Positions 15,013-27,066 of a stretch of DNA of 64,000 nt are shown here, one piece after another. The translations under genes were made by a program, and so were the position numbers. Origin of the DNA: Raillietiella orientalis (Eukaryota). Location: positions 1,302,001-1,366,000 of the forward strand of contig JAYWIR010000020.1 in assembly GCA_036172245.1 (NCBI GenBank), read 5' to 3'. How positions within the stretch are numbered: the first letter of the stretch is position 1; the number at the start of each line of letters is the position of its first letter. Below the pieces are notes generated by a model. That model saw nothing but the letters and a program-made list of their open reading frames with translations, did not search any database and had not been told where the DNA came from.

Positions 15013-15029
15013 TTAGGGAGTTTCCTTCG

Positions 15030-15280
15030 GAGCTCCCTACCAAGCGTAAGAACAACGGATTCTTTCCTCTAGAGTCTTCCTGGATTCATAGGGTGGTTCC
15101 TTCCCGGAGTATCCCTTGGAACTTGAACAATAGTATCCTTAAATGGCGTAGAACAGTGTCAAAGAGCTTTGTGAGCCCACCCTAGGGAGGCATACGGTTT
15201 TTCATTAGTTAGCGAGCCAAAGAAAAAAATCCAGCAGAAAAAAAAAGCTGGAAAGAAAGCAGCGAAAACAGAAGAACCCC
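15030..15280 (+). repeat. Diverged 3' fragment of the same family, opposite orientation
   Basis: Reverse complement of 23210-23430: ttcctggattcatagggtgg...tggcgtagaacagtg...aaaaaaaagctggaaagaaagcagcgaaaacagaa. Confidence 0.7.
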
Positions 15281-16269
15281 AAAGGATTTCCATCAGTTTT
15301 ACCTCTTTACTTCCTATCCACTGAAGATTTCCTATTGAAGAGTTTTTCAGGCATCCAGGCATTCTCTTAGTGGATGGGATTCTGTTAACTTAGTTAGACC
15401 TCTGCTTTGAGTTCTCCTTGTCATGCTCAAGAAGTGAACCCCGAAGTCAGTCACCAAAGACCTTGTTCTGAGCATGCAAAAGTTGAAAAGACTTCTTTGG
15501 AATTTCCCGGGAAAAGTTCGTGATTTTCTAGCCGACACTTCTGCACTTCCCTGCGCCATTTGCAAACCGATATCTTGCTAATGGTGCACTCTGGTGTTTT
15601 CCATAATGAAGCAGCATCCAAGGAACTTACCCACTGCAAAAGAGTCCTGCATGGTTGTGATAAAATTGGCTTGGCACCCTTCCCGGCCTCGCCCCACGCA
15701 GGACGTTCTTGTACAGCCATCGTGAGGCCGGACCATCACACCTCATATCTATGCACTGATGGACTTCCCGTTTCTTCCTGAACTCTTTCCCTGGTTCGGC
15801 CCCCAGTGAGTCCGTCCGACCGGCATATGTAGGTCCTTGTAAAACTTTCATTCATTTATCTTAAGTGTCCCAGTAAGCCGAATTATGTGGAAGGCACTTC
15901 GCTAGGTTTCTCCTAAAAGTGGGAACATTAAGTGGGAGTGAACAGCAGATATATAAATGATGTATAGTTAGAGGATGGAAAATAGGGTGACCAAGATGGG
16001 TGCTCTACGCCTTCCACAGCATGCACAAAGCAACTGGACTCCCCTCTTTTCATTTCTCATCTCATGCGGTCATCTTGTCTTTCTCTTCATCAAGGAGACG
16101 GCTCTGTGGATGCCTTCTCACCGCTGGTGTAGCTCGGTAGCGCACCAGCTCATAGAGCAGCATGAGAAGTAGGTGTTTATATTGAATTTATCTTGAATGG
16201 AAGGCTCAAAGTTCCATACGACTCCCTGAAATTTTGCATCTGTTTGCTGCGCTTCCCATAATCAGAAGA

Positions 16270-18250
16270 ATCAGTGTATTCGTTCATGAACTCTCTGGAC
16301 GTCGGGAATCACTCGAACCCTTCCAGTTATCCCTTTTGCGTGCCTCTCATGTCCTGAAAAGCCTCTTTGGTTCGCGCCTTGAGACATCTTGAGACACTCC
16401 GAAGATTTCTGCAGCACCAAGTTGTCATAAATCTCCGCGGAATTCTCTTGATGGTACTGTCTATCATGGTATAGTATTTGAGCATCAGGAGCGATCTTCA
16501 GAATGGTCATCGGGGAAAGGGGGAGCAGCTCATTATTAAAAGATACCAGAAAAAAAACATCTTTACCATTACGCCGATTTGCACCTTTCTGAACACCAAG
16601 CAGCGTGCAGAAGTGCATATTCAAGGTCTCTGAACTCGGAGACTGTTGTCTAGAGCAGCCCCATCTGCAACTGACGAGAAGCGAAAACAGCTATAGTTGC
16701 TCCTCATACCTGGAGATGCTGAACGAAAAAAATCTGCCGGGGATTTCTCCTCTATCAATGGACCAGCGGTTACCACCGTTTCTATGGCGGCCTCATGTTG
16801 CCATGACTCACCTTTCTCACGTTCGCATTCAGGAGAAGCGTGCATGTTCATTCCGGATGTCCTCGGTCGCCTCGGCCTTTTGGCTAAGATCAAAGTGCGG
16901 TCATTCCTTGGATGATGGATACACAAAATGCATCGAAAAAGATCAGACTGCGTCTGACGCAAGCCGAAACAGGTTCTCGTCTGGACAGCACAGGAGTGAA
17001 GCGGAGCAGCATCTTGGGCTAATGAGGTGTCCCGAAGACCTGCATAAGAAGGGAGAGCCATCGAACAGGAGTGGGAAAGGTTGGGAGCCAAAGATTGGGG
17101 TATTTTCACCGGTGTTGAGTGCCAAGTTTTTCCACTATGATCCTGAGGCGTCTTTTGAGCCTTCAGTCGGTCGGGCCACTTCGTCTCACTTCCCACGAGA
17201 GATAAGGCAATCACAAAAGATTTCTGATGCATCAGCGAGATTTCCTCTCCATCCTTGCCACCACTGCTCCTCGTTGTGTAGAAGAGCTGCGTGTAGTTCG
17301 GAAAACTCCATCGTGATGACCAGTTTTTCATAATAATGGAAGATAACGGATAATGGAAGGTAAATGAAAACTGCTTTCTAAAATCTTCTTGAGAAAGAGA
17401 GATGAAATTTCACAGACTCCAGCGAGAACTTCCTACTCGAATCTCTTGTATTCAAAATCTTCAGATTTTTCAAACGGTATTCGTAAATTTCTCTCGGAAT
17501 AACAAGTCAAACTGCAGGACCACTTCTTGCAGCATCTGGAGATTTCTTGGAGCCTGTTTAAAGACCCCATTTCCGACTTTTTCCCGTTTCCTGCTTTGAC
17601 ATTTGACTGTTTCTTGCTTAACCGTCGGAAGATCAGAAAGTGCGTGGTAGCCACAAAAACACCCAAACGCCCGCAGCAACTGCGATCGTGACGCAGCTTC
17701 TGTCGTGCTCGTTTATGGAATGTAAACACCACCAGTGCGATTCCCGTTTAGAGGGTGTAGCGCATGTGGAAGCAGTATCAGATCATTGGACATGTCTGGA
17801 GCATTCCCAGCAATTCCACATACAAGCCAGCGGCTGGTATCTCGACCTTTCGGATGATTTGCTTCAAGAATTGAAGCCAGCTGAGAATTCGAAAAGATGA
17901 AAATCAGCAGCACGTGGTATTTTGAGAACATCCCTAAGATTTCAGAAACCTCCTTACACTTCTGCCCATCAGTGTGACGAGCCAGAAATCCCATTTTACC
18001 TTTCGGAAAGATTTCTTTGGAGATTACTCCAAAGAAATCAGGACGTACATCAGGAATGACAGGAGAAGTTTCTGTTCCTCCTGAATGCATTAACGATACT
18101 GAAGCACATTCATGATACAGGAGTCTGCATCTTGCTCTTAATGATGAAGAAAAAACTTCCGGTAATTTTCTGACGTCCTCTTTGTGAAGATCATTGCCAA
18201 TGAATTTAAGAGCCTTTTTATTTTGTCCTTGGAAACAACTCTGCACTTGA
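16270..18250 (-). pseudogene. Decayed copy of 'gene X'
   Basis: GGTETSP...KMGFLA versus SGTEL*P...RWGFLG at ~34405-34555. SCFRFSSVADGAALDNSL versus CTLRYSLLKQGAIASFCSL at ~31080-31135. Confidence 0.5.
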
Positions 18251-18490
18251 GACTCTAAGAAATGATGAACAATGGCAACCTTCTGCGGCGATAGGAAATT
18301 TCAGGCATGCTTGCGTCAGGGAAACGGAAATGAAGGGAAAGCCGGATGCTTCCCAGCGGCGCCGAAGCCTTTAGGTAAAAGATAAGGAATTTTCGCCGTG
18401 GAGACTCGGAAACGTCTTCATGCATGTAGTTTGCGCCTCCGATCTTCTGCTGAGAGTCTTCATATGATTGCTCGAGTTGCGACGCGTACA

Positions 18491-19130
18491 TACGAGGAGC
18501 ATCTCAAAAGGCCGAGCGGATATAAAGAAAGAACAAAATGTATTCGTGGTTCGAAACACATACATCCCCATCTCATTTTTCTACGTAGTCACCCCTCTTT
18601 TCCAAACACTTATGACACCGCGGAATGAGCCTTTTGAAACCCTCTGCATAAAATTCCGCCTCCTGGGAGTTTAGGCAGTTCAGCAGCACTGCAGTTTTCA
18701 AATGCTCACTTTCCCTTCGAGTCGTTGAGCCATTTCTTGAGGTGCTGAAGACGTGGTAGTCACTGGTCAGGACTCTAAAGTGGGTGACCAAAAAGTTCCC
18801 ATTTGAATTTCCGAATTGTCTGGAATGTGCGGGCAGCATGTGTTGCCAAGGCGCGCGTTGTCATGGAGAGCAATTCCTGATCTTAGCATTCCACATCGTC
18901 GGTTCTGAATGACACGCCGCAGTGCTGAAAGTGTTCCACAGTAGACTTGAGAAGTAGTGGTCGTTCCAGGCTCCACAAAGCCAACCAAAAGCACACACCC
19001 TTTTGGTCCCACAGACTGGCAAGAGAATACCGCTTGCGGCTTTCAAAATGATCAGCACTTCGATCTGCAAACCGTGCTTGGCATAAAGCAAAGAACCAGA
19101 ATTCCATGGACACGTAGGTACTCCCTTGCA
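18491..19130 (-). mobile_element. Mariner (DD34D) transposon 3' fragment with one TIR
   Basis: Frameshifted transposase C-terminus: SMEF...ASLWD, GCVLLVGFVEPGTTTTSQVYCGTLSALRRVIQNRRCGML, LHDNAR, SDYHVF, EFYAEGFKRLIPRCHKCLEKRGDYVEK*. TIR-like TACGAGGAGCATCTCAAAAGG starts at TA 18491. No left end found. Confidence 0.9.
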
Positions 19131-19199
19131 AAGCATCGCGTTCTATGCTTGCTGCTTGCTTCCAGATATTCAATATCTGCAGCTGATAGGCTTTCTTCA

Positions 19200-19900
19200 T
19201 GGGAATTTTTCTTCCGTATACAGCCTCAGTAAAACTGGAGTTGAGTACATCAAGCAATCAAGGCAGTGCCTATTAGTTATGTCCAGTTGTGAGGAAAACA
19301 AGGAACAGGAATAGCCCAAGGCAGAGTAACTCTGCCTTGATGAAAGATGAATTCTATTTTGAGACAGGAGCCTAAAACTTGGGTCTCTAAATATTCCGCC
19401 TCTGTGGTTTCCGAGGTCGCAAAGAGGATGAGTCGATGACTGAATCGATCAGTATGAGTAACCCTTCCATGCATTTGATTTCGGATTCTTCGCCATCTCC
19501 TGCACTACGAGGGGGTTTCCCAAAGCATGCAGATTATTTTCAACTACACGGAATTGAAAAGTTGCTTCACCAAGCATCGAAAGGACTAACGGAGGAATCC
19601 AAGACTCCTCCATCCATCCTCGGAAACTAAAAGATAACGAACTGACATCCCACTTTGTAAAACTTTTCTGGAACTTCGGAACTTCATGCACATGCGAAAA
19701 GGCTTCGAGAAATCACTCTCAAGTTCTGATTTAGGATCGGTGCAAAATCTTGAACTTTGAATGAGTTCTCGCTTTTCTGAGCTCTGCATTACTGCCATCT
19801 TCTAACTCCGACAAACTGCTCACTATGCTCATCAGAAGCTTGGAGACAACCGATTTGAATTGCAGTCCTCGTTACTATTAGAACCATGCATACCTTATAT
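19200..19900 (+). pseudogene. Possible short 'gene X' fragment
   Basis: EKLLH...KTPPSILGN...KTFLELRNFMHM resembles ENLLD..KSPSW...IFGN...STFSNAFPQMLEM at 38300-38460. Confidence 0.3.
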
Positions 19901-19949
19901 GTAAATCATGCAACGGGGCAACAACTTTGTCAGGTTTTTGTGGACATTA

Positions 19950-20800
19950 TGATGATGGTTTCGATGCTGCCTTCTGGGACGATTTTTTAGAATACGGTTT
20001 TGCCTCCACTCCATTGGAAGCCGAACTTGTGGGTAGCCTTGTATCTCGAATGGAAGGTGAAATTGCAAAGTGTTCAAGAGGAAAATGTAGTTTGTGCGAG
20101 ACATGAGCCTCTTCTGGAGAAGATTCCAGCGAATCGGTGAGTCCATTGGGAGTTCCTCAAGCCGTGGACTCCTTTCCGGAGAGTTTCGGAGAGCTGAGGT
20201 TCCATGGAAGTGTCAAGTTTACCGTCAGCAAAGTCGGAATAAAGGGTTATTAGGTAAAAGAATTTGATTGCCCTCGGAGGCAGTAAAGAGGAGGACAAAG
20301 CGCTGTTTTTCTTTTCCGTGCACAAACTGCTTAGGAAGCCCATTTCCCATAAGAGACGGTTCACACGGAAGTACTCTAGAATAGTCTGTAGATCTGACAT
20401 ATCGAGTACAACACTCTTCTTGTGTCGGGTGTCCGACTGTTCCTTCCAGGATCATATACAGGCCTCTTCACCTCGATATCTAATATCACAATAAAATCAC
20501 CTATGTTTCCAGGATGATCTTAGATTGCACGCTTGTTAGGATGGGCGTAAAGCAGTGGTCTTTATTCAGGGTTGCCTAGTCTCCCATTCTCAGCAGAACT
20601 CATGCAGTTCTTTTGCCTTGGAACAGTCTTCGTCCACACTGTCATGATAATTTATGGGTTCCAAAAGGTGCCTTCTTTCATGTGCACATTCATCTGCATG
20701 ACTGACGGAAGGAGGTACTAGAGTTCCAGTAGGAACAGCGAACTTCATTTGGGGGTCCGGAATTAGAATGACCTGTTCGGATTTTGTAAAATGCTCTCAA
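19950..20800 (-). pseudogene. Decayed 'gene X' fragment downstream of pPolB copy C
   Basis: GTLVPP near 20710-20730; EKQRFVLLFTASEG versus EKELFCHLETAKG at ~31200-31240. Confidence 0.35.
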
Positions 20801-21229
20801 GCTTATCTGGGAGAGAAAGTGTAACCAAGGACTGATAATTTATTTGGTCCAAACCATGGGCGATAAATCAGAAGTTACTGATCGGAAACTCAGCTATTCC
20901 AAGATCATAGTGAAGTTTATAGGAAAACATTTTTGGAGGGAAGCATCCCGAGGTAGAAGGGTAGAAAGGGATAACGCGGCATCTAAAAGGATGGCTTTTG
21001 TTGAAAATGGAGTGGTCAGCTTCACAGATTTATCAGTAGCTCATTGAATCTTGATAAATGCTTGTAGCTGTCATCATTCCAATCAAAGGCAGAAAGAGTC
21101 CCTTCTTTGAAAGAGATGCGCTCGCATTGAAGAATAGTTTGCTGCCCGTGATGCTATAACCGACGATGACATCTAGTGATCTCCAGTTGCATGGGGAACT
21201 GGGGAGCTCCGTTTATCGTGCGTTTCTGT

Positions 21230-22200
21230 TCCCAAGAATATTACGAGTCAGTGTTCGTCAAGTTGCAAAAAAGGGAGCAACAGTGAACGGCAACCCTATG
21301 GAGGTATTAGTTTGGTCAAACCGACTGACAGGGAACCTTTAAAAAAGCTGAGTGCCATCATCGCAGGGGGGTAGTAAGCGACAAGAAGTTAGACTGCGGC
21401 TTGTTTTCCCGTTGTTCACTGCTCGTTCCTTCAGCCCACTGCTCTGAGATCAACCTTGCTTTTTCGAGATGACATAGGAAAAACTCGAGCACTGGAAGTC
21501 TATACTGAATTAGGAGAGGGGGGAAAAAGAGGTGAAGCATGAATGACAACGATGTCCAAATTCATCACACCCAAGAACTTCGTCTCTGCAACGATCAACT
21601 TGCCTTGAATCCCTTGAATGAGGAAAAGTCGTTTCTCTTCCTCCCGTCTGAAGGGGATCCTCAAGAAACTCTTCTCTTGCCTCCTTCCTGGATAAACCGA
21701 CATCTTGATCCTTGCAAAGAGATCACATAGATGTGTAGGAAGGAGTTGATCGACTCGCTCAGTCGAAGCTTCTTGGCAGGAGTGTTAACATCAGTGATGT
21801 GGTATCCACGACATTGCACGGGATAGGCAAACTGAAACCGGCCCGCCCCCCAGTCTGGCTTTGAGGCAAAGCGCAGCAAAGTTTCTAGTCGCTCACCTTG
21901 CAGAGTTCCCCGCAGTAAGTCCCCAAGGTGGTGATGGCACGTGCGCCCCCTCCTTCTCTCTGATAATACAATTCACCATGCAGATGAAAGTGTAGACGAA
22001 GAAGTAGAGAGAAACAAGTTGGCACTAAAATAACCAAAAAATGAATCATCATAGGAAAAATGGTCGGGAATAAGAGGCACAAGTCCGGTACAACATCCCT
22101 AGGGCGATGCCTTCAGTCCTTCCGGAAAGCAGCGATGGTCACATTGTCTCGGGAGGGCTCTGGCAGAGATTGAAACAAGCATAGACGCAGCAGTATGAGA
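21230..22200 (-). pseudogene. Decayed pPolB polymerase domain (copy C, 3' half)
   Basis: Ordered motifs on minus: DLCLLFP (DxxSLYP, ~22065-22085), GTYC, RGYHITDV (GYxI), FLHIYVISL, EKRLFLIQGIQGKL (KxxxNSxYGK) and LTNTDS (YxDTDS, 21244-21255). Confidence 0.7.
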
Positions 22201-22803
22201 GAATGAGTAGCGATGGAGATGGAAAAAATGAAAACTCTGGCCAAACATCTGTTTTTCCGGTCAACCTCTCAGTCCGAAAAACGAGTCATTTGTTGTCGGA
22301 GTCGGACGCTTCGCTCATGTCTGCATTTCCCTTCTAACTCCTCGCCTCTTCACTTTCTCATGTGATCTGCCATGATTTTATGATGGTTACAGAACGCTTC
22401 CATTTATCCCCTTTAATGACACATAATGTTTTACTTCATTATGTGTCAGTTATGAGGATGACTGGAAGTCATTCAATGTTTTTATTCAGGTCATGGCTGA
22501 AAAATCCTCCGGACACAAAGGAGCTGCAGGAAAGCTGTTTTCATCTTGGTTCTTTTTCATACCCTTGAAGTTCTGTGAGCCATTCCTGGTCTCCGAGTAC
22601 ATGGGTGCTTCAGCTCTTCTTCATAAAACCTAAAAAAAATTGATAATACTTTAAAACAATGAATTTCTTTGGGGGATAATGCAAATAGAGAACACTTTCA
22701 CGTCCCCATGCTACAAGATCCCTTTTTCGTACTCTTGCAAGGGCACAACTCGCGAAGAATAGATGGAAGACATCTTCCTGAAAAATTTACGTCTAGACTC
22801 CTC

Positions 22804-22877
22804 GGAAGAACAACTGAACCTCTAAAGACCGATTTGGATGGGAAGAACAACTGAACCTCTAAAGACCGATTTGGATG
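22804..22877. repeat. Perfect 37-bp tandem duplication
   Basis: ggaagaacaactgaacctctaaagaccgatttggatg occurs twice, at 22804-22840 and 22841-22877. Confidence 0.97.
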
Positions 22878-23209
22878 TGAAGGAATTTTCGGCTCGAATT
22901 TCGATGCAAAACTCGTTTCAATGTCTCAGTGGTTCAAAGCATCTCTTTGTCTACACACGCTCTTCTTCCAAAATCAAGGCACCATTATCCTCTCAACTTA
23001 TTTCTCTGCTTCTCAACGAAACATCCGTTGCCAGAAGCAACGCAACAATTTGAGCACAGTTTGAGAGTGCTCTTGAGTTTTAAGAGCGGCGTCCAAGGAC
23101 TTCTGAACGAGATGGCTGCAGTTCTCTTCCGTGACCAAGAAAAGTAGGCTAGAAGCTGGAGATATCTTGTGAATGTATCTTGTGAAGAAACCGCGCTTCC
23201 GTCTCCTCA

Positions 23210-23600
23210 GCTTTTTGGTCTTTCTGTTTTCGCTGCTTTTCTTCCAGCTTTTTTTTTCTTGTTTTCTTTTCTGTTTAGTTTGCTAAGTATTGAAGAACCT
23301 CCTTAGAGAAGACTCCCAAAGCTCTCTATAGCACTGTTTACGCCACCCGAGGGTGCGTGCAACTCTTCAAGATAGGAGCAACTCCGTAGGGACCACCCTA
23401 TGAATCTAGGAAATCTCCAGAAGTTTTTTCTATCCTTGGTAGAGGAATCTACCTAAAGAAAGTTCTCTCTCTGGTTGTCTCCGAAAGAAACCTTCCTTAT
23501 TCTCTCCAGAGACGTCCCTCGGAGGGACACTCATTTCTTCTCCGAAGAGAACCCGGAAAGGTTGTGCTCCTGAATTTCTTCCCCGAAGGCAGGTTTTCCA
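23210..23600 (-). repeat. Diverged 5'-truncated member of the same SINE-like family
   Basis: Shares ccctatgaatc.aggaa, ccttccttattctctcc, tctccgaagagaaccc and the tail ttctgttttcgctgc with the long copies. Confidence 0.65.
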
Positions 23601-23639
23601 GCACTCTAGATTGAATGGAAACCAGGAAGAATACCATGG

Positions 23640-24420
23640 CAGGAGCGGGCAGTGACAAAACATGTAGGAGCCGCAAATGGTTCCATCTTTTCTATTTCCT
23701 CTGTCACTTCGTTCAAAACGGCCTTCTGAGAATCCATTTCGAGGAAGAGCAACCGAAGTGTGCGGCAGTGTGCTTGTCCTGACAGCCTCGGTTTCTTCCG
23801 TTTTAGAAGCCGGGTCTTTTTCTCCAGCACCGCGTGCTCGATGGAAAGGATCGATCGAATCTTATGGGATTGCAATCTTATGAGATAACCTTGAGGAATG
23901 CCTCACATGAAATGTACGCAGCTCGAATAGATATCTCCTACGAACATCATCTCTAGGACGGTCCCGATGCTACCACATCCTTCTTGCACAATTCGCATTA
24001 GAAAGACCTACCCATCCACGTTAACAGAACACGTAGGGAGGCGAAGACTGCTTCAGCCGGCGGTTTCTTGAAGACGTCGCTGTAGAAACAGAGAATGTCT
24101 GTTTATAACTGGTTCTTTTTCCTTTACTTTTTTCCTTGTCCTCTAAAAGAAGGAATGCTTGATAGTAGAAGGAACCAAAGGGAATCAGAGGTGCTCTGTT
24201 GACGGAAGTGTTACTTAGGTTTGGGAGCGAAGCCATCCCAAAGGCTTCTGGAAACTTGTCCAGGGGTATAGACAACTGTATGGAATCAGTTATTCGGAGC
24301 TTCTCGAAAAAATTAATAGCAGGACCAGGCTTGATGACTGAGTCCAGTCAGTCAGTGTCAGCAAGTAGTGATCGATGGAAATGGGCAAGAGGTTGTACGG
24401 GATGCTTTCAGGTAGGCAGC
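23640..24420 (-). pseudogene. Decayed protein-primed DNA polymerase B, exonuclease-side part (copy C, 5' half)
   Basis: LRITDSIQLSIPLDKFPEAFGM at 24237-24300 matches the pPolB consensus FxDSxxxxxxxLxxxPKAFGL. Downstream decayed peptide AAYISCEAFLKVIS.DCNP is compatible with the post-ExoIII region. Confidence 0.65.
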
Positions 24421-24619
24421 CTACGACGACGGGCAAAGCCATCGGCAGAGAAAAGGCACCTGACATTGACTGCGAGCCATTCCAGTCCCTTCGAGCTGCG
24501 AAGCAGCGCCGGAAGCCAGTCGTTGGCCAATCGGCGCCCGAAGATAGCGGCCAGCTTGACGAATGCAAAGGCTGCTACCATAGAAAGCTTCCAGAGAATT
24601 GCCAGCTTCAACAAAAAAA

Positions 24620-25335
24620 AAATCCTTTTCTGTCTTCGCAGTTCTTCGACACGGTTCCACACCAACCGAGGGTGGGTAGTCTCCAAGATATGGGGTACCC
24701 CGGGAGAGGTCCTCCCTATGAATCCAGGAAGGACTCGGGAGTCCGTTCCTTTCACTCGGAAATGGGGATCACCTCCAGCCTGGTTGTCTCGAAGAGAAAC
24801 GGAGGGAACCTCCTTCCTTATTCTCTCCGAAGAGACCCTTGGAGGGTCGGCTCCATTTTTTCTCCTCCGGAGGGATCCCCCGCAAGAGATCCGCTCCTGT
24901 TTTTACTCCTCTGAAGAGAACCCAGAAGGGACGCTTCCTAAATTCAGAAGGACGCAGCTTCCCCGAAGGGATCGGCTCGATTCTCTGCACTCTCTGGAGA
25001 GGTGGTGGAGACACACCTACTCCATCAGTACGACGCGGAAGGTCTTCTCAGAATGGGGGATCCGCTCCTTCTCAGCCGGAGGGGAGTTCCCACTCCGTGA
25101 TTCCTGGAAGAACCCGGAGGTCGACTCCCATTTGTCCCGGCCCTCATTGGGGGAGGACATCCGGTTTTAACCGCTACCAGTGCCTCACCCGGATGAATTT
25201 AGGCCAGCCAGCGTCATCTTGTGGGGTGAACTCGGAACCCACGACGCACTGCGTCGATTCCTTCGGAGTATTCGAACCCACGACGCATGGCGCCACGCTC
25301 GGAGACCACCGTAACCACACGGCCTCCGACGCGGA
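24620..25335 (-). mobile_element. tRNA-headed SINE-like repeat, long copy 1
   Basis: Clear nucleotide similarity over ~700 nt to 58817-59592. The minus-strand 5' end has A-box-like GGCCGTGTGGTTA and B-box GGTTCGAATAC (25268-25278). Confidence 0.75.
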
Positions 25336-25849
25336 CGTACATTCAAAAGGGGTACATCGGAGCTGTAATTAGAGAATCTCAGAGCACCTAAACACCTTCT
25401 GCGACCCTCCAGTGGCACGAACTCTTGAGTGTATCCGCCCTTTGCTTCCTTTTTCGTATTTTCATGGACACGGCGCGTCAAAGAACTGCAGCTGGCTCAG
25501 CTGTCCGCTCCTTCCTCTCTCGTCACAGGAGGCAACCAAGACTGAAGTTCGATCAGTAGGGAGGTGATGCCCCTGGGGCAAATGGAAGGAAGAGGGAAGG
25601 GGGCGCGAGCTGTGTGCAGCAGGCTTCAAATCCTAACGAGAAACGCAACAAGGGACATCTCCAGCATCCAAAGTTTCCGACGCGACTAACCTAATCCTCT
25701 GCTCGCAATCTCGTGGCAGATGGGTGCTGCCGTTCCTGCAGATGCATCTCGAACAGGTCTGCAAACAAAACGGCGAACCCGGAACACTCGGAATCACAGA
25801 AGCGTTCTCTCGGGAGGTAAGGAGTCTCTTCGACGGCTCGATCACAAGG

Positions 25850-26242
25850 TGCGAGAAGATGGACCCGCAGCTTTCTGTCCATTGACATCCTTAAAGCTTT
25901 TTTTTTTGCTCTCATTCTACAAGATAGCGACATCTTATTCATCTCTTACGTTATAAAAAATGAAATTCTGGGATACTTTCAAGAGAATTTCTCCGCGGAG
26001 TCAGTGTCATCTCTTAGAACTCTTTTTTTCATTTCACCTTTTTGCAGCCTCCACGGCTTCCGTAGAATCGAGAACTGCGAAAAGAGCCCGCCGGTGATCT
26101 CTGGAACTTCTTCAGGATGAGTAACAAACACCACTTTGCCTTCAGCGCCTTGTTGGCATGGCCGGTTCTTCAGAAAGAATCTCTCGAGCTGAAGGCAGCA
26201 CAAAATGCCACATAGGGTCTCTCTATTTTTCGAGAGAAGCAC
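25850..26242 (-). pseudogene. Decayed pPolB C-terminal fragment (copy D)
   Basis: KRVLRDDTDSA at ~25995-26025 resembles RVLYxDTDS. It is preceded by EVPEITGG and cut at its 5' side by the LINE fragment starting ~26255. Confidence 0.5.
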
Positions 26243-26254
26243 ATTTCAGAGGAT

Positions 26255-27066
26255 TTGCCAGCTTGGAGAAAACTTTTAAGATCTTACAGAATTATTGATC
26301 TCCAGGTTGCTTCGTTGACCACCGTTCGAGAAACGGATCGAATGCTCAGCTGCGAAAAAAACGGCATCATTTCTGCATTGGCAAAATCCAGCGAAGACCG
26401 GAACATCTCGTATGGAGGAGCCCTACGCCCTCACGCGCAGACATCTGGTTCCCGGGGGAGTTGCCTCTGCGAACTGTTCCAGGTGCGGGGCGATGGAATC
26501 GCTCCCTCACCTTTTATTGGACTGCGGTGCCCTGAAGGACATGTGGCGGAGACTGCCTTCGGCGCTCCGTTAACCGCAGGACAAACTTGCTGTGACACTT
26601 ATTCCAGAGGCGGGTTGAAAAAGAGTGCTGTGATCGCAACATTCGGTTGCACCTGTGCCATGGTGACAATTCGCCACGTGTTAGAATCAAGTTCATGGAG
26701 AAGAGAGTCCACCAATGTGGCAGCAACCCTCGTGAGAGCAGCAGCAAGGTGGCCTCTTCTGCCAGAATAAGTCTCCAGGGAGATCGCCACCATCCACTGC
26801 CGCTTCTATAGAGAAAGGAATGTAAGGAGGATGGCAGCAGCAAGGATCTCAACCGAAGACCCCTGTTCCTACCCTCCCGTCGTTTTTTATTTATTGTCCC
26901 CTCTATTCGTTCCCTTTTTTTCGGAAGCCGGCCCGCGTGCCGGTAGTTATCCAGGCTGAACTTTTTTTTGGCTTCTCATGTTTTTTGGGGGGATACTTTA
27001 CCCCCTAAATTATGACTAATTTTGTTTTATTTTCGAAATAAACGCTCTGGAGTAATCGGATTCAAT
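26255..27066 (+). mobile_element. 3' fragment of a LINE related to the 9.95-15.0 kb element
   Basis: C-terminal peptide ...ATLVRAAARWPLL matches ...LRFLRIAARWPHL at ~14700. Both are followed by a T-rich 3'UTR and similar ends: aataaac...ctggagtaatcggattcaa here versus aataaac...ctggtggaaatcggagacaa. Confidence 0.65.

Noticed and set aside
15030..23440. Inverted pair 15030-15280 / 23210-23430 as terminal inverted repeats of an ~8.4-kb Maverick-like transposon
   Set aside because: Both arms are homologous to the 3' part of the dispersed SINE-like family (24620 and 58817 copies), the right arm interrupts a pPolB gene, and no TSD was seen.
24199..25372. Long ORFs (323 aa, 179 aa, 177 aa) and their counterparts at 58809-59574 as protein genes
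   Set aside because: They run across the pPolB/SINE boundary, the two copies differ by frame-changing indels, and there is no recognisable domain.
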